A stretch of DNA of 64,000 nucleotides from Blepharisma stoltei ATCC 30299. Lineage: Eukaryota; Protista; Ciliophora. Of the stretch, positions 1 through 12,627 are shown piece after piece. Numbering within the stretch: position 1 is the stretch's first letter; every line of letters starts with the position of its first letter. The notes beneath the pieces were generated by a model. It made no database searches and was not told where the DNA came from. It saw nothing but the letters and a program-made list of their open reading frames with translations. The DNA lies in the NCBI GenBank assembly GCA_965603825.1, contig CBFDEM010000012.1:62001-126000 (forward strand), read 5' to 3'. Position numbers and translations under genes: made by a program.

Positions 1-91
1 AACTCCGGAAATAGCCTGCACCTGCTTCTTTTTATTTTATAACTCCTTTCCTATTCATAATTTTTAATCTTACTCCCATTATATCATAAAA

Positions 92-1654
92 ATGAATTTC
101 ATTTTTCTTTGCATCTCCCTAGCATCAGCTACTATTTCTCTCAATCTCCACTCAATTTACAAATCCAAGGAAGAAGCCCTTGAAAAACGCTTCAAGCGGT
201 ATGCAAATTCCAAAAGATTTCTGTCGGCATCATCTGATATCACTAACTATAAAAATGTAACCCACATTTAGCTCCAATATTATGCAAGTTTCACATTTGG
301 GACACCAGCTCAAACCTTAACATGTCTTCTTGACACAGGAAGTACATGAATTTGGGTGCCACAAAAAGGCTGCACTACTTGTGGGACGCCAGAAACTTAT
401 TATGATCCTTCGAAATCCTCAACATATTACAACACGACAACCTACACTTCATTGACTTATTTGAAAGGGTCTTCGACAGGGTATATAAGCACTGAGACAA
501 TTGGTTTAGAGGACGGGACAAAAGTTACAGGTCAGTATTTTATTTCAGTTTATGCAGAAACTGATGCAAGTGGATATATTCCTGATGGACTTGTAGGTTT
601 AGGGTTTGACGTACTAAGCGATGGATACCCATCACTTATGACAACCCTAAAAGCCCAAGGATTAATTTCTAAGCGCCAATTCGCAATATTCCTTGGGGAT
701 AACGATTGGGGTGCCAGCAGCGAATCGTTGGCTTCAAATATAATGATTGATGGGTACGATTTAGCAAAATACTCAACGGTTACTGAATTTCATTATATTC
801 CATTAGCTGTCAACAGAGGCTATTGGGAAGTTGACTGCGACTCTGTAAAAGCGGCTGGAACCAAAATAAGCTCTTCTACGACTGCAGTTATTGATACAGG
901 AACAAGCCTTATATATGGCCCTTTAAATGACGTTAATGATTTCTTATATATGCTAATAAAGGACTACAATTGCTATAATACGAATATTGGCGTTGTCTGC
1001 TCCTGCAATCATATCAGCAGCTTACCTTCAATTACATTTGAATTGGATAACATAGACTTTGAAGTTACTGCTGATAAGTATATGGTAGAAGAGTATAAAG
1101 GCTACTGCGTTGTAGAGATTGGAGGCTCATCAAGTTTAGACTTTTGGCTCTTAGGAGATATTTTCATAAGGCAATATTATATTAACTATGATATGGATGG
1201 AAAAAGAATAGGCTTTGCTATAAAAGCTCCAAGCTCATCATCATCGTCATCGTCGTCGTCATCAATTGCTGGGTGGAAGATTGCTGTAATTGTATGCACC
1301 ATTGGAGGAGTTGCACTTATTATTGCAGTTATAGTACTGGTTACGTGCATAAGACATAGAATAAACATGAAAAATAGTAATGCAGGGGGAAGAGAAATTG
1401 TGGTGAATGCTACTGTTAGCCAACCACAGATGTATCAAAATCAGCCACCTCAGGCAGGAGGACAGGCAATTATAGTAGGTCAGCCAATACCAGGAGGTCA
1501 AGGACAAGGACAGCCAATGCAGTATCCGGTCTCATATCCTTACCAACCTTCTGGACCTCAGGGAATAGTACAAAACCAACAATATGGGGCCAATGGCCAA
1601 CCTGGATTATTTCAGCCAGTAGTAGCCCAACCAAATAATCAAAATAGCATGTAG
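92..1654 (+). CDS. Pepsin-like (A1) aspartic protease with signal peptide, C-terminal TM helix and Q/P-rich tail; intron 257-271
   Basis: ATG at 92 gives hydrophobic MNFIFLCISLASA. A 15-nt intron (gtaacccacatttag) removes an in-frame TAG. First catalytic motif LDTGST[TGA 347-349]IWV, second VIDTGTS, then LLGDIFIRQYY and a TM segment. Confidence 0.92.
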
Positions 1655-1882
1655 GAAACTCAGCCTAAACTACTATAATATTTAGGTTAATTCTCACTAT
1701 ATTTAATTATTTTATTGAATTTTTACACCCTATTTGAGTATTTCACTGTAGAAATATTTTTGTCTTAGAAGCTTTAAATTTTCTAATTTTTCAAATAAAT
1801 GAATATCATATTTACCTTTATGAATGTTAAATCATAAAGAGCTCCTATTCTTCTAATTTAATTTGCTTATACAGCATTACTC

Positions 1883-3065
1883 CTACTCATTTTTTTCCAC
1901 ATTTTGTTTAACAGTCTTCACCATCACCCCAGAGTGCTTCATTTCGCTCCCTTCTCCTGTAAAATAAACTCCTGGAAACTCAAAAAACGAGTGTATTTCC
2001 AGTCCTCCCTTCATTTCTTCATCACTGATCTCTCCATCCTCCAAAACTTCTTCCCTTTCTTCCTCTTCCTGTGTATCCACACTTTCCAGCCCTTTAAACC
2101 TTTTCTCTATTTTTGGCTCAGATTTGCATCTAAATAAAGCTGGCGCTAACAAATCCGGCCTTTTAAACAGGGATGAATAAGGGTGTATATCCACTTTCCC
2201 TCCGATATTATAATTATCATAATTCCTCATGATTTTTTCAGCGTCTTCTAGGTTTTTTACTACAACAATTGTACAGAGCGCACTATTGATTTCTCTGAGA
2301 GGCTCAATTCTGACTGATAAGTCGCCTAGTTTTCACTTGATTATTTCGATGTTCATGTGTTTGGAAATTCCACGGAGAATTAAAGCAGTTCAGTCATTGC
2401 TGGGGTCAAATACTTTGTAGTTCAGCCATCTTATGCTAACATTTAGCTCAACTCCAGGGATTCGATGCAGGATTGCGGCCAAGGTCCCTTTTTCTTCTTC
2501 TTTTTGCAGCTTCGTGTACAGGCTTTGTGCTACATTTCAATTACCGGCTTCAATTGTTTTGATATAAGCGACAGCACAGTGAACTGGCGATGTGCAGGTG
2601 GTTGGGTAAAAATCCACACAATTGGTTCTTAGTAGAGAACTGGTGAATTTGGATAAAGCAGAAGCGACGTGTCAAGCGCTAAGTCAAGGGTCCAGATTGA
2701 AAAAAATCAAGGCTGGTGGGTGATATGAACTAAGATCATATTGGGTCTGTGTGTGGAAATACTGTGATCGAAGTATTAATTGTATCTAGAATTCCTGTCA
2801 CAACATGCTTTACTGAAGGAAAGCAAGAGTCATCGTCCGATTCTTCGTCGCTTGAAGGGTTTTCTAAAATAAATTTCGACTTCGGGCCTATTGAGCGAAG
2901 TTGATCTACTAAAGGTTTTAGTGATGGAAGTTCCTTTAGAAGGGTAAGAGATGGACGTAGAGGCACTGGACGATTTAAAATCTGAGTTACCTTCTGGGTG
3001 TCTAAAGACCCGAATGCTTCTGATGCTTCACCTAACAATTGATCGAAGTCTGAAACCATTTCCAT
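1883..3065 (-). CDS. Hypothetical protein, possibly RRM-like; intron 2747-2762 and optional intron 2530-2544
   Basis: ORFs 2736..3065 and 1883..2230 join into one frame after removing gtatttccacacacag (16 nt) and reading 4 TGA as Trp. The 15-nt gtaattgaaatgtag fits the intron consensus but is not needed for frame. Confidence 0.6.
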
Positions 3066-3541
3066 GTAAATTATTAGGTATTGCTCAGGTTAAAAAAGAG
3101 ATAAAAGGGTTGATTTTTGTATATCGGCGAGGTTTTATTATGTGAGGAGGAGTTAATGTGGATGATTTTGATAAGCAAATGTGGAGTTATCAGATAAAAA
3201 TGAGAAGAATTCCATTTATATGTGGAGTGATCTAAAATATGAAGCTTCATTATTAATTTCTATTTATTGACCTTTATAAAATAATAAAAATGCTTGTAAA
3301 AACCTGGTTTTATTAAAATGGCCTAATAAGTCCCTATTAGCGCATCTAAGATACTTTTTTGGTATACTTATGATAAATTAATAATTTAGGTAAAAGGACA
3401 AATATAAAAGAAGAATTTAATTGTTTTTTATTCTTTTGTATCTACTCTCATCAATAATCAATATATAAAATAATCTTATTTATGAAATAGCAGACTGATT
3501 TTAATAATGGCTGCATATATTTATATTTATGCAAACGAAAA

Positions 3542-4597
3542 TTAATCATTTAACTGTGAATGACTTGAAACTCTTCTAAAATAATTTTTTCTGCCTTCAA
3601 TAATTTCTTCTAGCAAGCAGCTGTTTCTTCTAGATTTCTTAATAGCAATAGACAAAGGGCTTACGATGTCTAAATGGTCAGTTTCCATACTACTTGACCT
3701 TCTTTTTTTCTGTCTCAGTCCTGAGCTTCCAAAAGAAATATAACCTGAAGTTCTTGGCTTGCAAGAGCTTCTTAAGCTTCTTTTTTCTTTTGAATTTATC
3801 AGCATATCGATTTTTTTCGATAAAATGTCGCTGGATTTTTCTCTCCTGTAAAGATTTCCTTTTAAAAGCCTTTCAGAGACTTTTATGTTCCCAAATGGAG
3901 CTTTAAACATTGAAGGAATGTTTAAGGCTTGGTATGGGATTTCTTCAGGTTTTAAGTACTGGATCATCCAATGTGAGTATTGAGGCTTGATGCCTTCTCT
4001 GTAATGTAATTTTCCAGTGAGATGAATTTGACTGAATCATTGGGATTTAATTAAACTTCCATGTATTGTTTTCATAAGACGGACATATTCTACTGATAAG
4101 CAACTTCGCGTAAAAGTATCTAAGCATTCGAATAATCCATCATAAAAATCAGCTAGTCCTAGACATTCTGAGTCTCCAAAATCAATTTTCATATCAGTCA
4201 CCGCCATTGATTTAGCTGAGATTTCTTCTGTGGAAGCATTTAATATCTCAAGATATATGATTTCATATAAACTAATATAAACTTTTCTGGATATTCCAGG
4301 CATCTTATTTGGATTGATGAGGTTTCAAAAATTCAAAAAAGACTTGAATAAATTTTCGTTTCTCTTCAGCATTAGCCGCTTATAGAGCTGGCTAAATAAA
4401 TAGCCATCAATTATGTTTAACTGTTTTTGAAAAATAAGTGCTATCATGTCATCTCCATTTGTCGGCTGGTAATCAATTTTATAAGTAGGTGGAGACATTG
4501 CAGGTTTTCTAAAAGCTCGTCATTTAGTTTTGTTTGTTCGTGATGGGGAATATTCTCTTGCTATTATATTTACTTCGGAAACTAATGCATTTTCCAT
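3542..4597 (-). CDS. Hypothetical protein (~351 aa)
   Basis: ATG 4597 (MENALVSEV) is continuous to TAA 3542 when three TGA are read as Trp; this merges ORFs 4037..4303 and 3542..3967. Confidence 0.75.
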
Positions 4598-4999
4598 TAG
4601 TTAGGCTTTATTGTTAATTTTGAAATCTTTTTAATTAAAAAAGTTATTATTTAATTTCTCTGCTTTTGATTATTTTATTTAACAAGCAGCTTATATTTCT
4701 GAATTTTATAGCAATAGAAAAGAGTTCAACTTTTAATGTTATCTATATTTAGCTATTTATGCATCATGCTGAATCTTTATATATCTAAACATTCATTTTT
4801 TATTGACAATTTGCTAATAGAAAATTAATTATTACATTAATATAAGCATCTTACATACTTATGAATATTATCAATTATTAAATAAGTTTTCCTAAATTAT
4901 CGTCTCAATTTGCATATCCTAAAGCAATCCTAAAGGGTAGTCTTTATTCATTCCAAAATCAAGCGAAAAATGGATTATTATTTATAACGATATTTTTAA

Positions 5000-6703
5000 A
5001 TGCGACCTGACTTGCAGGATTTTGTGAAAGAAGGAAGCCAAGTAGTCAAACTCAGCCTAGAAAGCGACAGCCAGTCCCGCTTCTTCTGGGTAAGCTCAGA
5101 AACCAAAGAAATAAGATGGAGTAAAAGTGCAAAAGCCCGAAATTTTTATCAAAAAATCGAAATTGATCGACTTTTCGGAGTCAGAAGATTTGACCAATCT
5201 AAGGCTGGAAACAGCGAATATGGGTTTATTTTAGAAACAAAAAACAAAGAAATCAAATTTACAGTTGAAAGCTACGAAATTAGAGAAAAATGAATTGAAG
5301 CATTAACGGAAATCATTGTTAACAAAACCAATATCTCCAGCTCTACCCCAATTGCAGCTGATGAAAATGATGGCTCTCCTTGGCTTATGAAAAGAAGAAC
5401 TGTCCCTCCCAGTGTACTCGGCGACTACAACTATGAAATGCCTGTGACAGGATCCAGAGAACTGTTTGCTAAGACCAATCAGACTAAACACCATAAAGAA
5501 ATCCTTGAAGAAGTCCGTGAGCTCTTACAGCAACAAACAGGAAAACAAATCTCAATTGAAGATTTGCCAATAGTTTTAGATGAAATCATCCAAAACAACC
5601 AAACCAAGATTTGGGAATCCAAGCAAGAAATTTTGAGGCAAAATGAAGAAAATGACCCCAAAAAATTGCAAAATAAAGTAAGCAGCTTGAGGAAGAGGAT
5701 AAAAATGCTAGAAGTGGAGCAGGAGCAGATTGACGCACAGGCGAATTCAATTGAAGAGCTGAATAGAGATATAGCAAGAGAAAAAAAGCAAAAAGAAGAG
5801 CTTACAAATAAAATCCATGAAATAACACAGGAAAAAAATAAATATGTCAAAGAAGGGTCCATTTATAAAGCAGACCTAGACGCAGCGATAGAAAAAAATG
5901 CTGTACTAGAAAAAGAGCTATACAGAAGAGAAAAAAAAGATAAAGAAGAAGACCCAAGAATAGATTTATTAAGAAAAGGGTTCCATGGATATTTACTTAC
6001 CATCGCAAACCCAGAGCTTGCAGATGACTTAAATTTAACACCTAGAAGACCTTATGAAGATGGTGTCTACAAAAAACGTCTAATTACGCTGAACCAAGAT
6101 TGTTCACAATTAATATGGAAGCCTATCAGTTTATTCAGCAACAAAAAAGCTGTTTTAAAAACCTCAGACATTACAAGCGCTTTAGAAGGCACAGAAGACC
6201 CACAGAGACTAGAACCGTTCACAAATAATCGATATTTAACCATTTTAGCGCCTGGGCTAACATTGATTATTTCAGTGGAAAAATCATTTGGCTTTTATTT
6301 AGAGGCTATAAAAGATTTATATTTGCAGGTAAATAGCATTCCAATATCACCTTGTGATATCCCTGCTCATGACTTATATCAGCTAGGAAATGACCAGCTG
6401 CAAAGCCAGATGGTAATTTATGACCGTTTAATAAAGAGATATAAAACTTCTCTTACTGAGTCAATCTGTTATGTAGACAAAGGTTCTGCTTCTCAGCAAG
6501 AAATGCTCTTAAATGAGCTTCAAACCTTAAAAATCCTTAACGAAGATATGATACAAGGCGTTTTGACTTCAGATATAGAAAACTATTTTCGGCACGAAAA
6601 AGCTGTCCTTTTAGAGCGCTGCTCAGTTCTTGAAAAAATTCTTGCCCAAGCTAAAGAAGAAAAAGACGCTATTGAAAAAGCCAGTGTTTTATCAATAAAA
6701 TAA
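5000..6703 (+). CDS. PH-like domain + coiled-coil + second PH-like region protein
   Basis: ORFs 5000..5293 and 5387..6703 are in the same frame through TGA 5291. REK[W]IEAL places it at the conserved Trp of the PH C-terminal helix. Central E/K-rich heptads. Confidence 0.8.
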
Positions 6704-6705
6704 AT

Positions 6706-7446
6706 TTATCTTATATAAATTTCTAAATCATCAATTCCCCAGCTGACTTCGCATGAGTCTCTATCCAAAGTTGACGAAAATTCTAGGGTTACTGAGTCGG
6801 CACTGTGAACTCCTGAATAAGTAACAGGATGCCCAATCCTGTCAGGATAGTCGTCTCCACATGAGTCTATTCCTTTATATTGGCATAATGTGCTATGTAA
6901 GTTATTGCAAGCTTGGTAGCTTTCATTTCAGACGATATTGCTGTCTAATTTCATATATACACTTTCGCCTTCCCATCTGTCTAAAAAGTTCACGTTAAAT
7001 GAGACCTTGATATAACTGTGGGAAGGAATTGTAAAGGTCTTGGATACAGAAACGTCAGAATACTTGCAATGGCCACCAAGGAAGATATTTGGGCTTGATC
7101 CACAATTGCTGACTGAGGAATCAGACCATCCTGATAGTTGGCCTTGGAAATCTTCAAGAGCTACAAGCTGCCATTGGTCGTAATTTTGGATTTTGATAGG
7201 GGCATTAGATGCCAATAAATCTCCATGAACCACAATGCGGCGGTTTGCAGTGATATTGCAAGAATCTGATTGAGTAATTGTGAGTAAATTGTTATTAGAG
7301 CTGTCTTCAATTGTAAAATTTTGACTGTTGACTACTGAGTAGTCATAGTCTCCAAGGAAATAAACGGTTGCGGATGGGCCATCTAAGGTTATTTTTGGAT
7401 GTTGTGCAAGCCCAAGGTTGAAAGTCAGGAAAAGCAAATAAAGCAT
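6706..7446 (-). CDS. Secreted Cys-containing extracellular protein
   Basis: Signal peptide MLYLLFLTFNLGLA, motifs FLGGHC and FLDRWEGE; reads through TGA 6928 to SWGIDDLEIYIR-TAA at 6706. Confidence 0.8.
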
Positions 7447-7691
7447 AATAACGAATATCAAAATGGAATATAAAAATATTTAAACAATATATTTTTAAAT
7501 ATATTGACTTAAATTTTGGACAGTATTTAATAAATATCTTATAAGGCGATTAGCCATATGATTTGCTGCTTTAAAAGTAATAAAATTGTACATTTAAAGC
7601 ATTGGGGTGAAAATTATTAAAAGAGAAATTTTGATTATAGTTTGCGATTAAATATCTGGTACTCAGGATGAATTTTTAACTTAAATGTAAA

Positions 7692-8351
7692 ATGGAATCT
7701 AGACTGAAAAAACCATCCCAAGAAAATTTTAACGCCAAAGCAAAACAAGTAGTTTCTCGATTTAATTCAAAAATTGGCCACATCGCATCCAAATCCATGC
7801 TTGATAAGCTTCCAAAAGCTCAATCATCATTTCATTCTAATTTATCTCAGACTAACAGTAATCATCCCCATCCAACAGCAATTCCTTCATATCCCCGTAT
7901 ACAAAAATTATCAGTATCCCAAAGCTTTAAACAAAAACCTAAGACCTTACAAACCGTCAGAAGCACTTCCCAAGAGTCAAAACCAAGCCTAAAGCTAAAT
8001 CTCAAAGAAATTTTAACTAAAAAAGTCAATGAAAACCTAAAATCTGATAGAAATGGATACATAAAGCCTATCCCAAAGCCTGCAGCACATAATAAAGCCA
8101 TGAGTCTAGAAAGCTCATTTTCAGGACAAACGTCAAAAAGGTGCAAAACAAGCAGGGAGTTTTTAGATACCTTAAAAGAAGATAAAGAAAATTTTGACGA
8201 AAATTCATCGAGAAGTGTATTATCAATCATATCTAAAGAAAAATTATTAAAGTCACCGAATATACAAGCTCTTTGTAAAAACAGTTTTGAGATGTCCTTA
8301 GACGACTTAGAGGCCAAACTTACGTGCTTTTATAAAAGCTTGCCTCAATAA
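7692..8351 (+). CDS. Hypothetical basic, low-complexity protein
   Basis: 219-aa ORF with AAAATG start context and TAA stop. Confidence 0.65.
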   Translation: MESRLKKPSQENFNAKAKQVVSRFNSKIGHIASKSMLDKLPKAQSSFHSNLSQTNSNHPHPTAIPSYPRIQKLSVSQSFKQKPKTLQTVRSTSQESKPSLKLNLKEILTKKVNENLKSDRNGYIKPIPKPAAHNKAMSLESSFSGQTSKRCKTSREFLDTLKEDKENFDENSSRSVLSIISKEKLLKSPNIQALCKNSFEMSLDDLEAKLTCFYKSLPQ

Positions 8352-8443
8352 ATTGTAAGTAGTTAACGTTTTTTGCTTTTATTGATTCTTAATTTATTTT
8401 GGTCGAGTTTAAGCTAGAGATAATTTTATCAAGAACATTTGAG

Positions 8444-8713
8444 TTATCTTTTAAGCTCTTTCCATCTTTCGTGCTCTTCTCTTGTTCTTTCTTTTTCTCT
8501 CTTCCAAATGTTTTCTTCTCTTTTCTTTTCCAGCTCTTTCATTTTTTCGATTTTGGCTCTTTTCTCATGAATTCGCATTAAATACTCTTCTAATTTTTTT
8601 TCTTTGGCTTTAGAGATCCTCAATCTTTTAGCTTCTTGTTCTTCTTTATGGCTGTTTACCATCATTAAGATTTCTTGGTTTTTCTCTTCAAGCGTTTTCT
8701 TTTGATCTTCCAT
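8444..8713 (-). CDS. Small E/K/R-rich coiled-coil protein
   Basis: MEDQKK start at 8713 within ORF 8444..8767; charged heptads. Confidence 0.45.
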   Translation of the reverse strand: MEDQKKTLEEKNQEILMMVNSHKEEQEAKRLRISKAKEKKLEEYLMRIHEKRAKIEKMKELEKKREENIWKREKERTREEHERWKELKR

Positions 8714-8982
8714 AATTATTATAAGACATAAGTAGGATAATAAATTTCTAATTTGAAAACGATACATTATATAAAATTATACGAATTTTGTATAATTTAA
8801 TATATTATTTTAACAAATAGATTAGCATGTCAATTTATATCCTCAAAAATACTGCAAATAATAAAACTTATAAATGATGATAAAATAGTTTTGAAATATA
8901 AGGTTTACTAGGATTTATTTTGAAAATTGCTCTGAAATATTAAACTTTTTATATCTTTAATAACAGAAAGCTATATTTAATT

Positions 8983-10164
8983 TTAATTCTTTTTTCCTGA
9001 TGCAGAAAGAATATAGAGAAACAGTATGATGATATCAGTATACAAAAGTACAGCCCCAATAACATAATCATCATATGTTAATTCTCGGTATCTTCCTCCA
9101 GCAATTAGCTGAGTATCATACACTAAAAAGTACCCATATAAAAGTATAACAATAAGGCAAAAAAATGAATATAGAGCGTTGCTATAAAGCCAAATCATCC
9201 AAAACCCAAACATAGCTAATGATAAAACAGTAACAATAATACAACCTCTAGTCGTAGTAAAATCACTTCTGGTTCTCCAAGCGTAAATTGTTAAAGTCAA
9301 TGTCAATGCAAGAGTGCTTACAGCAGCAAAAAGAACTATTAGTGGCTCATAATAGGCACATACAAAAGCTACTACATAAGATTCAAATAAAGTAAACAGA
9401 AACAACGCTAAATAATTATATGGGTATCGTTTTGAGTACTTTTTACTATAAAAAATCGCTATCATGATCACGACTGTCAATATCCAGCAAACTATTACTA
9501 AAGGCTTTAAGTCTTTTATCCCATCTCTTAGTCTGCTAACTCCACAGACTATACCTACAAAAACAGCTGTGAAAATTAATTGGCAGCAAAGCAATGCATA
9601 GACTTTTACAATAAAAGATTTTCTGTCATTATTTGCTGTTTTCATGCGCGAATTCTCAGATACATTTCTTAAAAATCCCCATCTTCCTTGATTTTGCTCC
9701 TGATTTAAAGGCCGTGGATATACAACTAGAGGATTTGCAGGAGGAGGGTTATAGGTTTGAGGATATGGGTAAGGTTGATTTACTACAGGATTTGAATTAG
9801 CTGGAATTTCGATTGGGTAATTCGGAAATTGTTGATAAGGCTGATTATATTGAGAAGGATAATTTACTTGAGAAAAATTGGAGTATTGAATTGGAGCAGC
9901 ATTTGGAGTTGAGTAAGGCTGGTTTAATTGATAAGGTGGGTATATTGGAGGAGGATAGGGTTGATTTACCATTTCAGGCTGGATGTACGCTTGATTAGGC
10001 TGATAATTGACTGGGATAATTTCAGGCTCAGAAGATTTATTGCCATAGCTTAAATCATACCCTTCATTTTCTTTAACTTTTTCATCTGGGTATGCTTGGT
10101 TAATTGGTGGGAAGTCACCTTGGATCTGCTTTTCTTGTTGAGATTGATCATTATAAGTCGTCAT
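8983..10164 (-). CDS. Bax inhibitor-1/TMBIM (lifeguard-like) protein, copy A
   Basis: P/Q/Y-rich N-tail, RKSFIVKVY, YPYNY, YDTQLI, DDYVIGAVLLYTDII. Start MTTYNDQ chosen by comparison with the paralogue. Confidence 0.92.
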   Translation of the reverse strand: MTTYNDQSQQEKQIQGDFPPINQAYPDEKVKENEGYDLSYGNKSSEPEIIPVNYQPNQAYIQPEMVNQPYPPPIYPPYQLNQPYSTPNAAPIQYSNFSQVNYPSQYNQPYQQFPNYPIEIPANSNPVVNQPYPYPQTYNPPPANPLVVYPRPLNQEQNQGRWGFLRNVSENSRMKTANNDRKSFIVKVYALLCCQLIFTAVFVGIVCGVSRLRDGIKDLKPLVIVCWILTVVIMIAIFYSKKYSKRYPYNYLALFLFTLFESYVVAFVCAYYEPLIVLFAAVSTLALTLTLTIYAWRTRSDFTTTRGCIIVTVLSLAMFGFWMIWLYSNALYSFFCLIVILLYGYFLVYDTQLIAGGRYRELTYDDYVIGAVLLYTDIIILFLYILSASGKKN

Positions 10165-10214
10165 CAAAATATGAGTTTCAAAATTATAAATTTTATCTAT
10201 AATTATGGCAGTTA

Positions 10215-10610
10215 TATTCTCCAAATAATTCTTATAAATTGGGTTCTTGCTTCTTTCACTTCTTTCACTTCTTTTTTCTTCAATTTCTCCTTTAGCTTCT
10301 CCTTAGCTTCTCCTCTATTTCTCTTTCAGCTCATTAATTAACTCATCTTTCAGTCCCTCTTTTAAGTCTATTTCTAATTTCTCTTTTTCTTTGACTTTCT
10401 CCATCTAAGTCTTGGTTTGCATAACTCTCGTTAATTTTGTCTATCTCTTTTTCCTTTCAACTTTAATTTTTTTCTCCTTGAGTTTTCTGTCTCTTCTGTT
10501 TCATTTTTCTTTTAACAGCATTTTTGCATTTAGTTTTTCCAAAGGTTTTGCTATAGATATCAACTTCTCTTGCTTCTTCTCCATAAGTTTCGGTCCAGTT
10601 CAGCATGATT
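10215..10610 (-). pseudogene. Stop-ridden E/K-rich coding-like relic, possibly a decayed copy of the 8444-8713 gene
   Basis: Purine-rich minus strand translating as MEKKQEKL...KVERKKR*...MEKVKEKEKLE with several TAG/TAA; sits in the same position relative to a BI-1 copy. Confidence 0.3.
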
Positions 10611-10689
10611 ATAATTATTTTTGAGTCTTATGCAGTTCTTTAAACTGATAAGCATTTCATTCTGATATTTTGGTCAATATTGAAACTGA

Positions 10690-10766
10690 ATTATTAAGGG
10701 TGGTATGCAGAATTGATTAATTGGTTCGATCTGCTTTTTGTTGAGATTAATCATTATAAGTGTCAT
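10690..10766 (-). pseudogene. 5' fragment of a third BI-1/TMBIM copy
   Basis: ATGACACTTATAATGATTAATCTCAACAAAAAGCAGATC versus copy A ATGACGACTTATAATGATCAATCTCAACAAGAAAAGCAGATC, with indels. Confidence 0.7.
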
Positions 10767-10993
10767 AAAAACAGGATGTTTAAAATTATTGATTAGAAAT
10801 TAAGAGGGCTATGAAGTGGGACTTCACTTAAATTTTATTATTTGTATCCGTCTCAAATGCAATTGAACTTATTTATTATCTGAGCAATTATAGACTTAAA
10901 AATGATATAAAAATTGGATCATGCTAAACATTAATTTATCATTCTTTAAATTATGATTTATTATATAAGGCCTTCTAAAGCTTATTTGCGCTA

Positions 10994-12196
10994 TTAAATT
11001 TCAAATACAGGTGGTTGATTATTCTGCAAATTATCTTTATTATCCCCTAAGGCAGCAAGAATATACATAAACACTATAACAATGTCTACATACAAAAATA
11101 GTGCCCCAGCTATGTAATCATCATATGTTAATTCGCAGTATTTTCCTCCTGCAATTAATTGTGTATCAATGACTATAAAATAACCAAACACTAGTATAAC
11201 TATAAAACAATATAGCGTATGCAAAGGCTTACTATAAAGCCAAATCATCATAAACCCAAATATGCACAATGACACAATACTTACCACTAATGCACCTCTG
11301 CCTTGAGTAAAATCTCGCTTGGTTTTTCACGCATAAATTGTTAAAGCGAATACTATCACAATTGTGCACACAGCTGCACAAATTATTATAATTGGTTCAT
11401 AAAAAGCACATATAAAAGCTACCATATAAGATTCAAATAAAGTAAATAGTAATAAAGCTATATAATTATATGGGTACATTTTTGAATACCTTTTATAGCA
11501 AAATATCAAAATCATTATTATACAAGTCATACCCCAGCATGCAATAACCATCCATCAATATTTTTTAATTTTTTCCCGCAAATAACTAATTCCACAGACA
11601 ATGCCTACAAAAACAGCTGTTATGATTAATTGGAATAAAAGAAGCGTGTATACTTTTATAATGAAAGATCGCCTGTCGTTTCTTTGAGTTTTCATGCTTG
11701 ATTTGTCTAAAAAGCCTCTCAGTTGTGGTGGCTGCTGATTTGGCTGATTAATGCTGATTACTGGAGGATTTGCGGGGGGTTGATTTAAATAGCCGGCATT
11801 GGCCTGAGGATAGGCTATAATTTGGTTAGTTTTATCCGCTAAGCTCTCAGGATTTTCATCTAGGCATGCTGGTGATTTTTCAAAGCTCTGCTCATTATGA
11901 CCAGAAATAATCGGATGAGTTATGCTATTTGAATAAATGTATAGGATGGTGCCACAATCTAAATTTTGTTGGCTTAGCTCATCAATTTGGCACTGCAGAG
12001 GGGGATTTGGATTTTCAGGGTTATTTGCATGATTCTTCTCAGATTCGTTTGGAGTTTCTATATTTTCTAAATTTTTTGAACTGCAAATGATACTATCTTC
12101 TCTATTTTCAGATATAATTGAACTAGGGTGTTCTTTTGAGGCTGATGTGAGTATATTTTCAGGCTGTTCTTGAGATTGATTAATATAGGTCGTCAT
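10994..12196 (-). CDS. Bax inhibitor-1/TMBIM protein, copy B
   Basis: Three ORF pieces join through TGA 11555 and 11327. IYA[TGA]KTKRDF aligns with copy A IYA[TGG]RTRSDF. Confidence 0.9.
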
Positions 12197-12501
12197 TTAA
12201 TAATCGTTACAATAATATAAACATTAATCAATTTCTTATTAAAAGGATAAATTCTGATAATAACTGGTATATATTATATGATACAAGTACCGGTAGTTTC
12301 AATATTCGAATTAGACTAAATTAATTTTGGATTTTTATGAAATTATAAATCAATTTTGTTTAAGTTTATTCATTATCTAAAATTTTGAGAGGCTTGTGAA
12401 AAAGTCTTCTAAACAGAGTTATATTGGCTTTTTAAAATAGTTCATTGATTTAGCTGTTTTAGTAGAAAATCTATCATATAATCTAAATTAAGATAAGTTT
12501 A

Positions 12502-12615
12502 TTATTTAATAATTGCAAAGAGTTGAGAAAGAAGATATTATATTACCTTAGGGCAAAAATTAATTTTATTTAATAATTGCAAAGAGTTGAGAAAGAAGAT
12601 ATTATATTACCTTAG
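12502..12615. repeat. Perfect 50-bp direct repeat x2 (12502-12551, 12566-12615), 14-bp spacer
   Basis: ttatttaataattgcaaagagttgagaaagaagatattatattaccttag occurs twice. Confidence 0.95.
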
Positions 12616-12627
12616 CTCAATCAAATA

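Noticed and set aside
10165-10224. Upstream extension of BI-1 copy A given in the ORF track
   Set aside because: Non-ATG start; the paralogue and the remnant both begin at MTTY.
12502-12615. CRISPR-like array
   Set aside because: Only two repeats with a 14-nt spacer, in a eukaryotic context with no cas genes.
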